Source of the DNA: Rhodosorus marinus CCMP1338
Taxonomy: Eukaryota; Plantae; Rhodophyta
DNA: 64,000 bases
Reading direction: 5' to 3'
Assembly (NCBI GenBank): GCA_029953675.1
Contig: JAMWBK010000001.1
Coordinates: forward strand, 2,480,001 to 2,544,000
How positions within the stretch are numbered: the stretch's first letter is position 1; every line of letters begins with the position of its first letter. Positions 12,310-21,519 of the stretch are shown here, in pieces. The position numbers were made by a program, and so were the translations under genes. The notes under the pieces were generated by a model. That model was not told where the DNA came from. It saw nothing but the letters and a program-made list of their open reading frames with translations, and did no database searches.

Positions 12310-12830
12310 ATTAATTTGTTAATTTCAAGTATTTCCGGAGTCTAGTGTTTGGGGATCATTACACGGACTTTACTAGCATTACATAGGAACATGAGGCTGA
12401 AGCTTATCAACTTCACCGAATCGGGAATCCCCCATGGCCATCCAGCTTCCTCTTTTGGAATTCTTTTACTTCCTTCCATGTTTCTCTGGGGATTAGCTGA
12501 CGTACTCCATTGTCTATCTGCTAAGCATTCAATGGTGGTTTTACCAACATAGCCTGATGCGCTAAGCAAGACGTACAAAACTAAGCAACGAATTAATGTG
12601 TTAATTTCAAGTATTTCCGAAGTCTGGTGTTCTGAGATGGTTACATAGGAACATGAGGCTGAGCTTATCAACTTCACCTAACGGGAATCTCACATGGCCA
12701 TCCACCTTCCTCGTTTTGAATTCTTTTGCTTCCTTTCGTGTATTTCTGGTCTGGGGATAGCTGACGTACTTCATCGTCTATCTGCTAAGCGCGCAATGCA
12801 ATAGTGGTTCTTACTGGTTTTTACTGGACT
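12310..12830 (+). repeat. Old internal tandem duplication (about 280 bp unit, plus a partial unit at about 12195); also present at 37080-37700
   Basis: The blocks ttaatttcaagtatttcc...gagcttatcaacttcacc...ctggggattagctgacgtact...tctatctgctaagc are repeated. Confidence 0.8.
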
Positions 12831-13822
12831 TTACTAGCATAGCCTGAAGCGCTACGCAAGGCGTGAAGATGAACTAATAACTAGGGAGGGAAGCATGCAA
12901 CCCCAGGCGCCGATGGCGCGCCTCGGAAAGCATGTCGCTGGAATATCGCCAACTGGTTTTTACTAGTAGCATAGCCTGATCCAAACCACCACTAGCATAG
13001 ACTGATGCATTCAATGAACTTGTTTGTTTGAGTGTTCCAGGTGATAGGAGTGGTTTGTATACAATCCACCAGATTCCCTCTGGGTGCTTTCCCTGCAGCA
13101 GTACGGATCATTTTCAGAACATGTTTTTTCTAAATTCTCTCCGCAGAGCCTATTCCTCGTCGTGTTCATCCGATGCTGTCTATGAAGTTGATATCAGATT
13201 TTAATCAGAGGCTAAGTACCCTGATTATCCCATTATGTAAGGTGGTATCCGCGTTGAATGGCATAAAAATCCACCAACCGCTTTCGTGGAGACCAACTTA
13301 ACTAAGTTTTCTGGTTGATTTGTGACGTCCTTCATCATTGAATATTTTCCCTAACTATTCGTTCAGTTTAATCATAGTGCAATTGCACATAACCCCGGTG
13401 CTATGTGGGCTCTAGGCGTGGAGGTATTTAGTTTTTGGATTGGTAGGTATCGGTTTCGTTGGTTTCCGGAAGCATTTTCGGAAGTGGTCATGGTGTGCCG
13501 TGGTCATCGGTGCGTACACATAGATATGGCTTAGAGATTCGCTACGCACGAGGAAGTTGTTTTGTTTGCTAAGCTCAATTCATGTTCCTGTTGGTTTCGG
13601 CGCTAGCTTTCGAAAAGGTCAATAGGCGTATCGTGCGTGGAATGTGGATTTCGAGAGTGGGCCCGAAAGGGTATAAAAGAGCGAGTTCTAGAGAAACCTG
13701 TTGGGAGCAGACGACGATGACTACAAATAAGACAGGACGAAGAGAGACACGAAGACAAATACGATTACGGTATACTCGATTGGTCTGTTTGGTCGGAGTG
13801 ACTGAGGGTGACAGGAACAACG

Positions 13823-15400
13823 ATGGAGAAGCGCGTGGCACTAGCGTTTATTCTAGGATGCATTTTCATGGCTGGACTAGCGTCCGGAGTTCGTCTAAAG
13901 AAGGTGAGCAGGTTGCCGCAATCAACATGCGAAAGTAAGCTGCTGCGCAGGCAGTCCGCGAGATACTTTGGGAAGCGTTGCTTTACGATCAATGACGGTG
14001 TCTACTGGCCCGGAGGTACTCTTCGTGGTACTGTATGTTCATCGACAAGGAAGGTTAACGGTAAATCGTGCCTCAAACTCACCTACAACCTTTCACGAGG
14101 AACCCTATCCCGAATTCGACTTGGAATTTTCGGCGACTGCCAGATCCCTTTACGAAGCGAGGTCTATACCCAAGACTATCACATCCCGAACAACCCTAAC
14201 AACTACGAAGTTACTGTGTGCCTCAATGACATGGTCGCTGCTAAGAACTGCTGCGATGACAAGGTCTGCATGTACCACGAAGTTCAGGGCAAAGATGGAT
14301 CAAGTAGCTGGACTGGAAGATCGTTCTTCGATGACACTGGAGCATCTACTGGGCACCATGCAGTTCCAGAGGGAACCAACGGACGGTACATCATCGCACG
14401 TACCATGGACATCAAGTTGAACTGCGTGAATATTATCAGAGGAACCAGTGGCGACGATAATATAATCGGAACCAAGTTTGTCGACTGGATCTACGGTTTC
14501 GGGGGCGACGACCTCTTGATCGGAGGCGGCAAGGGTGACAAAATCTGGGGAGGCAGTGGAAACGATCGTGTTCTCGGCGGAGACGGTGATGACAAGATCT
14601 TCCTGGGTAGCGGGAAGGACAAGGGAAGCGGAGAAGCTGGGAACGATCTGATCTTCGGAGAGAGTGGAAGGGATAAGATTTTCGGAAACTCAGGAGATGA
14701 CACTATTGATGGAGGCTCTGACCGTGATAGAATTTACGGTGGTGATGGAAATGACACGCTAACCGCTGGGGCTGGGGATGATTTTGTGGAAGGTGGATCT
14801 GGAACCGATGTGATTGTCGGAAACGAGGGAAGGAACCGATTGAGCGGAGGCCTTGACACCGATGTGATTCACGGTGGAAGTGGTGACGAAGTCATTTCAG
14901 GAGGTGCCGGTCACGACGAAATCAGAGGCGGAGCGGGTGATGACGAGATAACCGGTGGGGAAGGAAACGACCGGATTGACGGTGATGATGGCGATGACAT
15001 CCTGTACGGAAACGAAGGACACGATATCATCAACGGAAGGGCTGGCAACGACCATATCATTGGTGGAATTGGAGAGGACGAACTCTCCGGCTACAGCAAC
15101 GAAAGCAACGGAAATAGTTTCAACGACGGGAACGACTATATTGAAGGAGGCGAAGGAAACGACCGTATTCGGGGCAACAATGGAGATGACTACGTGATGG
15201 ATCTGTACGGAGACAACATTGTGGGTGGAGATGCGGGAAATGACAGGCTCGTTTTAGGCGATGGAGAAGACAATATCAATGGGGGTACTGGAGATGATAC
15301 AATCATAAGTGGAGATGGTTTTGATGAAATCGAGCCCGCCAGCGGAAACGATATTGTCGACGGCGTGTTAATGAGCCAATTCGTTTTGGGTGCTCCCTGA
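13823..15400 (+). CDS. Secreted protein (525 aa): signal peptide, Cys-rich domain, more than 25 RTX/hemolysin-type Ca-binding nonapeptide repeats; copy 1
   Basis: The first true ATG is at 13823 (MEKRVALAFILGCIFMAGLASG, a hydrophobic leader); the ORF-track start at 13808 is GTG. GGxGxDxL/I repeats fill the C-terminal two thirds. The ORF is intronless and intact. Confidence 0.9.
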   Translation: MEKRVALAFILGCIFMAGLASGVRLKKVSRLPQSTCESKLLRRQSARYFGKRCFTINDGVYWPGGTLRGTVCSSTRKVNGKSCLKLTYNLSRGTLSRIRLGIFGDCQIPLRSEVYTQDYHIPNNPNNYEVTVCLNDMVAAKNCCDDKVCMYHEVQGKDGSSSWTGRSFFDDTGASTGHHAVPEGTNGRYIIARTMDIKLNCVNIIRGTSGDDNIIGTKFVDWIYGFGGDDLLIGGGKGDKIWGGSGNDRVLGGDGDDKIFLGSGKDKGSGEAGNDLIFGESGRDKIFGNSGDDTIDGGSDRDRIYGGDGNDTLTAGAGDDFVEGGSGTDVIVGNEGRNRLSGGLDTDVIHGGSGDEVISGGAGHDEIRGGAGDDEITGGEGNDRIDGDDGDDILYGNEGHDIINGRAGNDHIIGGIGEDELSGYSNESNGNSFNDGNDYIEGGEGNDRIRGNNGDDYVMDLYGDNIVGGDAGNDRLVLGDGEDNINGGTGDDTIISGDGFDEIEPASGNDIVDGVLMSQFVLGAP

Positions 15401-15942
15401 GCAGTACCCTAAGAGCTCCTTCTTTGTTTCAGTAGACGAAAGCCTTCTTTACGAAAGCACAATAAACAGTATTCTGGACTACTCTCCAGAGTCTTCTAGA
15501 CCCCCTCTTACTATCTGGGCTTTACAAGCATAGCCTTACCCTCTAGTAGCCCTATTGCTACGCAATGGACTTTGCGGCGACCACCTCTCGCCTCCACGAC
15601 CTTTTATTTCCTTAACAGCTTGGACTATCCGTGATCGGGGCTTGTCAATATGATCCTCAGCGGAGTCACCTTGGAGCCTTCGAGGAGATGCTAGAGAACG
15701 CTGACATTGCGGAAAATCACCCCTGTTCTTTCGTAACCTTACCCTTCCTAAACAGCTTGGAATTGATGTAAAATCCTGTCCTCGGTGTATCGTAAGCCGT
15801 CAGATTCAATGAAGCTTCTTCCTCTCTATTCAAAGCCAGATCAACAAGCACACACAGGCTAGTCGACCCGTATTTAGCTCCTTGTAGAAACGTTCAGGTA
15901 CTAGCTACCCGCGTGCAAACCCACAATTGCTAGCTGTACACT

Positions 15943-16107
15943 GGACTTTACTAGCATAGCCTGAAGCGCTACGCAAGGCGTGAAGATGAACTAATAACTA
16001 GGGAGGGAAGCATGCAACCCCAGGCGCCGATGGCGCGCCTCGGAAAGCATGTCGCTGGAATATCGCCAAAGGGAGACACTTAAACGCCTCAAGAGCGCCA
16101 AATATTC
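15943..16107 (-). mobile_element. 165 bp A1 3' end with an 11 bp TSD
   Basis: AGCTGTACACT occurs at 15932-15942 and 16108-16118. Confidence 0.9.
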
Positions 16108-16124
16108 AGCTGTACACTAGCAAT

Positions 16125-16245
16125 TGTTTGGCTATGCTAGCAGCATGCTCGCCGAGGCGCGCCATCGGCGCCTGGGTTTGCACGGTTCCCTACCTAGTTC
16201 TTAGTTCCTTTTCACGCAGCGCTTTAGGCTATGCTAATAAGCACT
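16125..16245 (+). mobile_element. Short A2-type 3' end directly preceding the full-length A1 copy
   Basis: gccgaggcgcgccatcggcgcctggg...ttagttccttttcacg...ggctatgctaataag. Confidence 0.8.
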
Positions 16246-16419
16246 CTGGTACGCCTTCCCCTCGATTTTCCGCGGGGCGTCGTTTGCATTTGCAACTACT
16301 TCTGTCTTCCGGGTGGGTGAGTTGCGGGGCCTTTCCTATTTGGGTTGGGTTTGGTCGATTATTCTCTCGGTGCGGTTTCATATTGGTGGTGCAACGTTTC
16401 CTTGGCGGATTCCCTCAGG

Positions 16420-17828
16420 ATGGTAGGGATATCTCCGCACTCCACGGAGCCTCCTCCCAAGGAGGCACTGCCAGGTGGGGGACTCCGTGTTCGCCTCAGC
16501 TGCGGCACGTTTTCTTCCGAGGTTGACTTGGAAGGCGCTTCTGGCACCCAGGCGCGTTCACTTATCTCCGCTGTCACCAGCCTGATCACGGCTGCGAGTG
16601 ATCGTGGAGTGCTCCCTCAGCTCACCCAGAAGCTAGGTGGGCTGGAATCGGGATTGCTGGCCAGGTCAAATTCAAATTCGGACGAGAATTTGAATTGCCC
16701 CAGAGTGGCAGCGTTGGCTGAAGGCAGTCAACATCCGGTCAATCAACATGAACCTGTCCCGGGACAGGCGAGGGCTGTTGCTTCTGCGCGGGACAGTACG
16801 ACGTTGGGGAGCGGCAGGCCGGGCCAAAACGCGCTTCAGCGCTCGGGGACTCGAGGCAATGGTGGTGGTGACTGTGCGGCAACCGGTGTGGAGGAGACTG
16901 CAGCTGTGGACTTCCCTCTCTTGGACCAGCCCTCAGGTCGTCACCAGCTCCCGGCTACTTCGGGGGCACGTGGTGGCCGCAAGGGGGCGCTTCGTACGCA
17001 TCAGTCTTGCGGAAGGGCACCACTGCCACACGTACGGCGGCTATGCTCCGTTTCATACCATCTCGCGAGCCTCAGGATGGACCTGTGGAGACCACTCTCC
17101 AATTTCTGTGGGTGCGAAATGTCCGGCCCCAGACTACACGAGGACAGGTTCCGTCTATGCGAGACTTCCGGGACACTTTTGCGGAATCGTTAGGGTGCAG
17201 CCGGGGTGATTTCTTCTTCGCAAACTATGAGGGCCGCGATGTGCTGTTTTTGGTCTCCGCAACCGCCGCCAAGTACCTGGAGGCCTTGCTGGCGAAGCCT
17301 ACCGAGCAGTGGCCTGAGAGCGCCCGGTGGCTGCGCTGCAACCCGCAGGTGGTTTTGCACTTCGATTTTGACCGTTTCTCGGGCAATTTCCTGTCTCCGG
17401 GAGAAACGGCAGGGCTCTCTGAGCATGAGAGCAGCGTGAAGGCGGCAGCGATCCATTGGCTACGGATTCAGCGCCTTGAGAGGATCTTGTTGGCGCGGTT
17501 CCGGTCGGGCCCTCGTCACCCGCGCATGGCGGTTTCCAGTTTCTTCGATCTGGAGAGGCGACTTGTGCTGACTTCGCGCTACAAGACAGAGCTGCAGCGG
17601 GTGGGGATTTTGGAGGGCTCTGCTTCCAGCACTACTTCCAGCGAGAGTGGTGAGGCAGGGGAGCAGACTGAGGGCATGGCGGTGAAGGACGCCCAGGTTA
17701 CTTTGCTGAAGCCCGCGGGATCCGTTCCGCGAGCCTCGCGGAGTGGGAGGCTCACGACTTTGGTGCGGATAGGAGGTAAGAGAGCGAGGACCGACTCCCC
17801 CGGGTCTAAGGGGGAGAAGCACGATTAG
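16420..17828 (+). pseudogene. Family A ORF1 (about 469 aa; single 1-bp deletion near 16990 in this copy)
   Basis: The ATG (MVGISP) is conserved in the A2 copy (MVGVSP). The track ORFs 16345..17193 and 17007..17828 join if one base is restored, and the A2 copy at about 27200 is in frame across this point. Confidence 0.75.
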
Positions 17829-17841
17829 CGTTTCCAGGCAC

Positions 17842-17859
17842 GGCTGCGAGGTCGCAGCC
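17842..17859 (+). promoter_or_regulatory. Conserved hairpin GGCTGCGA-NN-TCGCAGCC one base before the family A ORF2 ATG
   Basis: The stem is identical in all four A copies that span the junction (17842, 28090, 50377, and 8110-8127 on the minus strand), while the loop varies (GG, TA, GA, GG). Function is inferred. Confidence 0.7.
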
Positions 17860-17860
17860 T

Positions 17861-20800
17861 ATGGATCTACAGTCTTATGTCCTGAAGGAGGGCGGAGACT
17901 GGGGCATTTGGCGTACGCGTTTTCGGAGTTGGCTCCGGCGGTGGATTTCTTTGGAAGGAGGCTCGCTTCCCCTCCGTGGGGGCATTCCCCCAGTCGTCCT
18001 TCCTCGTGGAGACCTTCTGGTAGCTGGAACCATTCTCGATTTCATCTTCACGAGCCTGGCTCGCAACATTCGGGACACAGTCATTTGGGTTTTTCTGGGG
18101 GTCATGCCGCGCCTGATTCTGGCCCCCATTCACACATCGGAGCGCAGCTGGCGAGTACGAGACCGACTGGCCCTGTTCTTGAAGGGAGACTTCGAAGTAC
18201 TACAGCGCAGCTATTTGGCGTCGTCAGCACCATCCGCCCGTCGGACTCGGCATGGCACAGTGTCGCCCGTGCCAGCTCGAGTACAGAAATTGGTAGCAGT
18301 GGGCGATTTAAGTCGAGCGGCGCGGGTTTTGGAGGGCCAGGCGCCTGTCCTCCCCTACGATGATAGTCTCGCCCAGACGGTGTCGTCTTTGTTCCCTGAG
18401 TCCGACGTGGATTTGTCCCCTGAATTCGAGGTATTCTTGGACCGTCCGGAGTTGGCCAGGTTTCGCATCGATCTGACGCTCAGTGAGTCTGACCTGGAGG
18501 ATTTGCTTCGTACCTCGCGTCGGGGACGCTGTCCTGGACCCTCCGGACTAAGAACAGAGCTATTGCAGGCCCTGAGCCAGCCTGGCCAGAGCGCGCTTCT
18601 GAGGATCCTTAACAAGTTGTTCCAGGGCGTATCGGGTGCGTCCGCGCCATGGGAACATCTCCGGCAGGCACAGCTTTGCTTGCTCACGAAACCTGACCAC
18701 CAGCCGGCCCACCCGCGTCTCCGGCCGATCGGGATGGTGGAGAGCCTACGGAAGTTAGCCGGGAGGTGGCTGTGCCAGCGCCTTCGCCAGCGCGTCACAG
18801 CTTTTATGGCGCCCTTGCAAGTAGGGGTGGGATTTTCTGGGGGTTGCGAACTGATCACCCATGGGATCGAGCTAGAACGCGCCAGTAGGCCGGAGTGGGG
18901 AGTCTTGGTGGTTGATTTCCGGAACGCATTCAACAGCGTGTCGCGGACGCATGCGCTAGAGGTGCTCCGACGTGTGTTTCCGGAGGCGTGGCCGTTTCTA
19001 TCGGGTATTTACGGAGGGGAGAGCCTCCCCTACTTGACAACGGAGGGTACTGTTTTTCAAGCACATACTGGCGTCCAACAAGGCGACCCTTGCGGACCTC
19101 TTCTTCATGCCTGTGCCCTACAGCTCGTACTTTTACGTCTTTCGACTGAGGTCTCGGATCTTCGAATCTGCGCGTACCACGATGACGTAACATTGCTGGG
19201 CACCCCTGACACCCTGGCTAGGGGACTGACCGCGATCGAAGCGATTGCACGTCGCGTCGGTTTGACTGTGGAAACAGAAAAATGTCGCTTTCTCCCCGCG
19301 AGGGACGTGTCGCTGAACTCTCTGCCACCCACTCTGCGACTAATCAGCGAACGTGAAGGGTTCGAACACCACGGCGTCGGATTGGGGACTGACAACTTTG
19401 TCCAAGCATCCTGCGAGCGAGTTTTGGCACGGCACAAGCAACTCACCGACGCCATTCAGCACCTACCCGACAGCATGCTGCAATCGGCCTGCTTGCTTTC
19501 CCGCTTTTGTGCCGGTCCCAGACTCAACTACTGGTTGCGCAGCCTGCCTCCAGCTTGGGGCTCGTGGATCGCGGCTAAAGCCGACGAAATGACCCTGCAA
19601 CACTGGGGAACGCTCTTGGATGAGCCCCTCGATCTTGAAGCTGCTCCCGACAGGGACTTTATTCGTGCACAGATCGCTCTACCGTTGCGATTAGGGGGAT
19701 TCGGCGTCGCAGACCGTGGGCTGGTATGCTCGCCAGCGGCGGTTGCCTCCTGGGCTACCGCGCTGCGAACGTTGGTGACCTTCCGGATGCGAAGTGCCTG
19801 CCTCTTGGCTCGAGCTTTGACCAACGAGGATCCAGTGACCCTGCAGCCCCCGCTTTTGACAATTTATGATGGTCTTCAACACGCGTTCAGGAGGTGCAAC
19901 GCCGTGCCGGACGCAAATCGGTCCCGCTTTCGTTCCTGGAGGGAGCTGTTATGGGGACGAGCTGAAGCGATTGAGGATTCTCCCCTCGACCGAGTTCTTG
20001 CCGATGACGGAGAGGCTAGCCCCGGGTTACCTATTGCAGACTACCCGGGTTTGAGCCGATTGTGTAGCTCCCGCACTGATGTGATTCAACATAGCCTCAC
20101 CTGGGGCCAACACAGTGCCGCTCACACAGTCATGCTCAATTCTCCTCTCACGCCGCCTACCACTGCCGCTCGTCTCCGCGGCATGGGAGGCCACCTCTCG
20201 CACTTGTGGTTAACCACTCTACCGTCGTCATTGAGTCATCGTCTCGATGCTTTCCAGTTCCGTTCTGCCGCACGGATCTATCTCGGTTTGCCACAGCCTC
20301 CGTGGCACTCTAATCGGCCGTCTTTCTGTCAGGGATGTGAGAGCCGGATTGACGCTTGTGGCTACCACTTCCTGGGTTCCTGCGGACTGTTGCGAGGTCT
20401 CCGTACGAGGCGTCACACTCGCCTCAAGTACATCCTCAGCGAATCTTTGACTCGGATAGGGCATACGGTTGAGGTTGAGTCGGAACTGCCCAGATCCACC
20501 TCGGACTCTGCACCGCCCCGTTGTATAGCCGATCTCCTCGTCTCCGACGCTGCTGCCAGACGCTCAACATATGTGGACCTTGCGATTACCTGCCCCGTGG
20601 CCAGCGCCCACCTCACCGCAGCCGCCCGCCGCCGGGGGGCCGCGGCTTCAGCCCTTCGAAGAGTTAAGGAACGACGGTATGCTGAGAGCATGGCCAGTCT
20701 GCCTTGCGCTGAGGGTCGCTCTCACCGGTTCCAGCCATTTATTGTGGAAAGCTTTGGTCACGTCGATAAGTCGGGTTTAGAGTGGTTGCGGAAATGTTTT

Positions 20801-20932
20801 GCTGAGCATCCTACTGAATATTTGGCGCTCTTCAGGCGTTTAAGTGTCTCCCTTTGGCGATATTCCAGCGACATGCTTTCCGAGGCGCGCCATCGGCGCC
20901 TGGGGTTGCATGCTTCCCTCCCTAGTTATTAG
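17861..20932 (+). CDS. Family A ORF2: reverse transcriptase + CCHC knuckle + RLE (1023 aa, intact)
   Basis: Motifs: GRCPGPSG, RPIG, QVGVG...GGCE, VDFRNAFN, GVQQGDPCGP, YHDD, LPLRLGGFG, C-x2-C-x9-H-x4-C, RTRRH, IADLLV...YVDLAIT, KERRY, PFIVESFG. Confidence 0.95.
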   Translation: MDLQSYVLKEGGDWGIWRTRFRSWLRRWISLEGGSLPLRGGIPPVVLPRGDLLVAGTILDFIFTSLARNIRDTVIWVFLGVMPRLILAPIHTSERSWRVRDRLALFLKGDFEVLQRSYLASSAPSARRTRHGTVSPVPARVQKLVAVGDLSRAARVLEGQAPVLPYDDSLAQTVSSLFPESDVDLSPEFEVFLDRPELARFRIDLTLSESDLEDLLRTSRRGRCPGPSGLRTELLQALSQPGQSALLRILNKLFQGVSGASAPWEHLRQAQLCLLTKPDHQPAHPRLRPIGMVESLRKLAGRWLCQRLRQRVTAFMAPLQVGVGFSGGCELITHGIELERASRPEWGVLVVDFRNAFNSVSRTHALEVLRRVFPEAWPFLSGIYGGESLPYLTTEGTVFQAHTGVQQGDPCGPLLHACALQLVLLRLSTEVSDLRICAYHDDVTLLGTPDTLARGLTAIEAIARRVGLTVETEKCRFLPARDVSLNSLPPTLRLISEREGFEHHGVGLGTDNFVQASCERVLARHKQLTDAIQHLPDSMLQSACLLSRFCAGPRLNYWLRSLPPAWGSWIAAKADEMTLQHWGTLLDEPLDLEAAPDRDFIRAQIALPLRLGGFGVADRGLVCSPAAVASWATALRTLVTFRMRSACLLARALTNEDPVTLQPPLLTIYDGLQHAFRRCNAVPDANRSRFRSWRELLWGRAEAIEDSPLDRVLADDGEASPGLPIADYPGLSRLCSSRTDVIQHSLTWGQHSAAHTVMLNSPLTPPTTAARLRGMGGHLSHLWLTTLPSSLSHRLDAFQFRSAARIYLGLPQPPWHSNRPSFCQGCESRIDACGYHFLGSCGLLRGLRTRRHTRLKYILSESLTRIGHTVEVESELPRSTSDSAPPRCIADLLVSDAAARRSTYVDLAITCPVASAHLTAAARRRGAAASALRRVKERRYAESMASLPCAEGRSHRFQPFIVESFGHVDKSGLEWLRKCFAEHPTEYLALFRRLSVSLWRYSSDMLSEARHRRLGLHASLPSY

Positions 20933-21519
20933 TTCATCTTCACGCCTTGCGTAGCGCTTCAGGCTATGCTAGTAAAGTCCAATAAAGCCAGTAAAAACCC
21001 GTCCTTCCCCCCGCTTTTCCCCAGCGTGTCGCTTGAAACTACAACATTTCTCTCTCTCGTAGGGGTGTGTTGAGAGGCTTTCCCTATTCGGGTTGGGTGT
21101 GGTCAATTATTCCCTCGGCGAAGTTTTATTTTGGTGGTGTAACGTTTCCTTTGAAAATCCTCTCAGGATGGTAGGGGTATCTCCGAGCTCGACGGAACCC
21201 CATAAAAAGGACGCACTGCCAGGTGGTGGACTCAGTATTCGCCTCAGCTGCTGAACCTTCTCTTCAGAGGTTGACTGGACTTTACTAGCATAGCCTGAGG
21301 TTGACTTGGAGGGTGCTTCTGGCACCCAGGTGCGTGCACTTATCTCAGCTGTCACCAGCAAGATCACGGCTGCGGGTGATCGAGGCGTGCTACCCCAGCT
21401 AACCCAGCGGCTCGGTTCGCAAACCCGGTTAGTAGTTTGAATCCCAGAGTGTCAACTGTCGCTTAAGGCAGTCAAAATATACCAGTCAGTCAAAATCAAC
21501 CTGTCCCTGGATAGACGAG

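Larger units (their letters stand above)
11480..15525. repeat. Segmental duplication copy 1 (RTX gene plus about 2.3 kb upstream); paralogous to 31250-41140
   Basis: Colinear matches throughout, e.g. gaggtctaattctaaacagc, gagaatactc.caaaatcactgaa, tcgtggagaccaacttaact, the CDS and cacaataaacagtattctggact. Confidence 0.9.
16250..20997 (+). mobile_element. Family A1 full-length two-ORF CRE-like non-LTR retrotransposon (about 4.75 kb)
   Basis: It has a 5' leader that aligns with the A2 copy at about 21000, ORF1, a 32 nt spacer, an intact ORF2, the 3' UTR and an agtaaagtcc/aataaagcc tail. The 5' boundary is approximate. Confidence 0.92.

Noticed and set aside
16980-17010. Programmed ribosomal frameshift in family A ORF1
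   Set aside because: The A2 copy (about 27195-27260) is in frame between DFP and PSY. A 1-bp loss in this copy, by mutation or sequencing error, is simpler.
18355-18933. Long antisense or alternate-frame ORFs over the elements (also 7054-7644, 25389-25883, 25661-26044, 54440-55063)
   Set aside because: Shadow ORFs of GC-rich coding DNA. They recur only because the elements are repeated and show no recognisable motifs.
17861-20932. RT as a group II intron, retron or DGR enzyme
   Set aside because: The C-terminal CCHC knuckle plus RLE, repeat tails, 5' truncations and variable TSDs all indicate TPRT by a non-LTR element.
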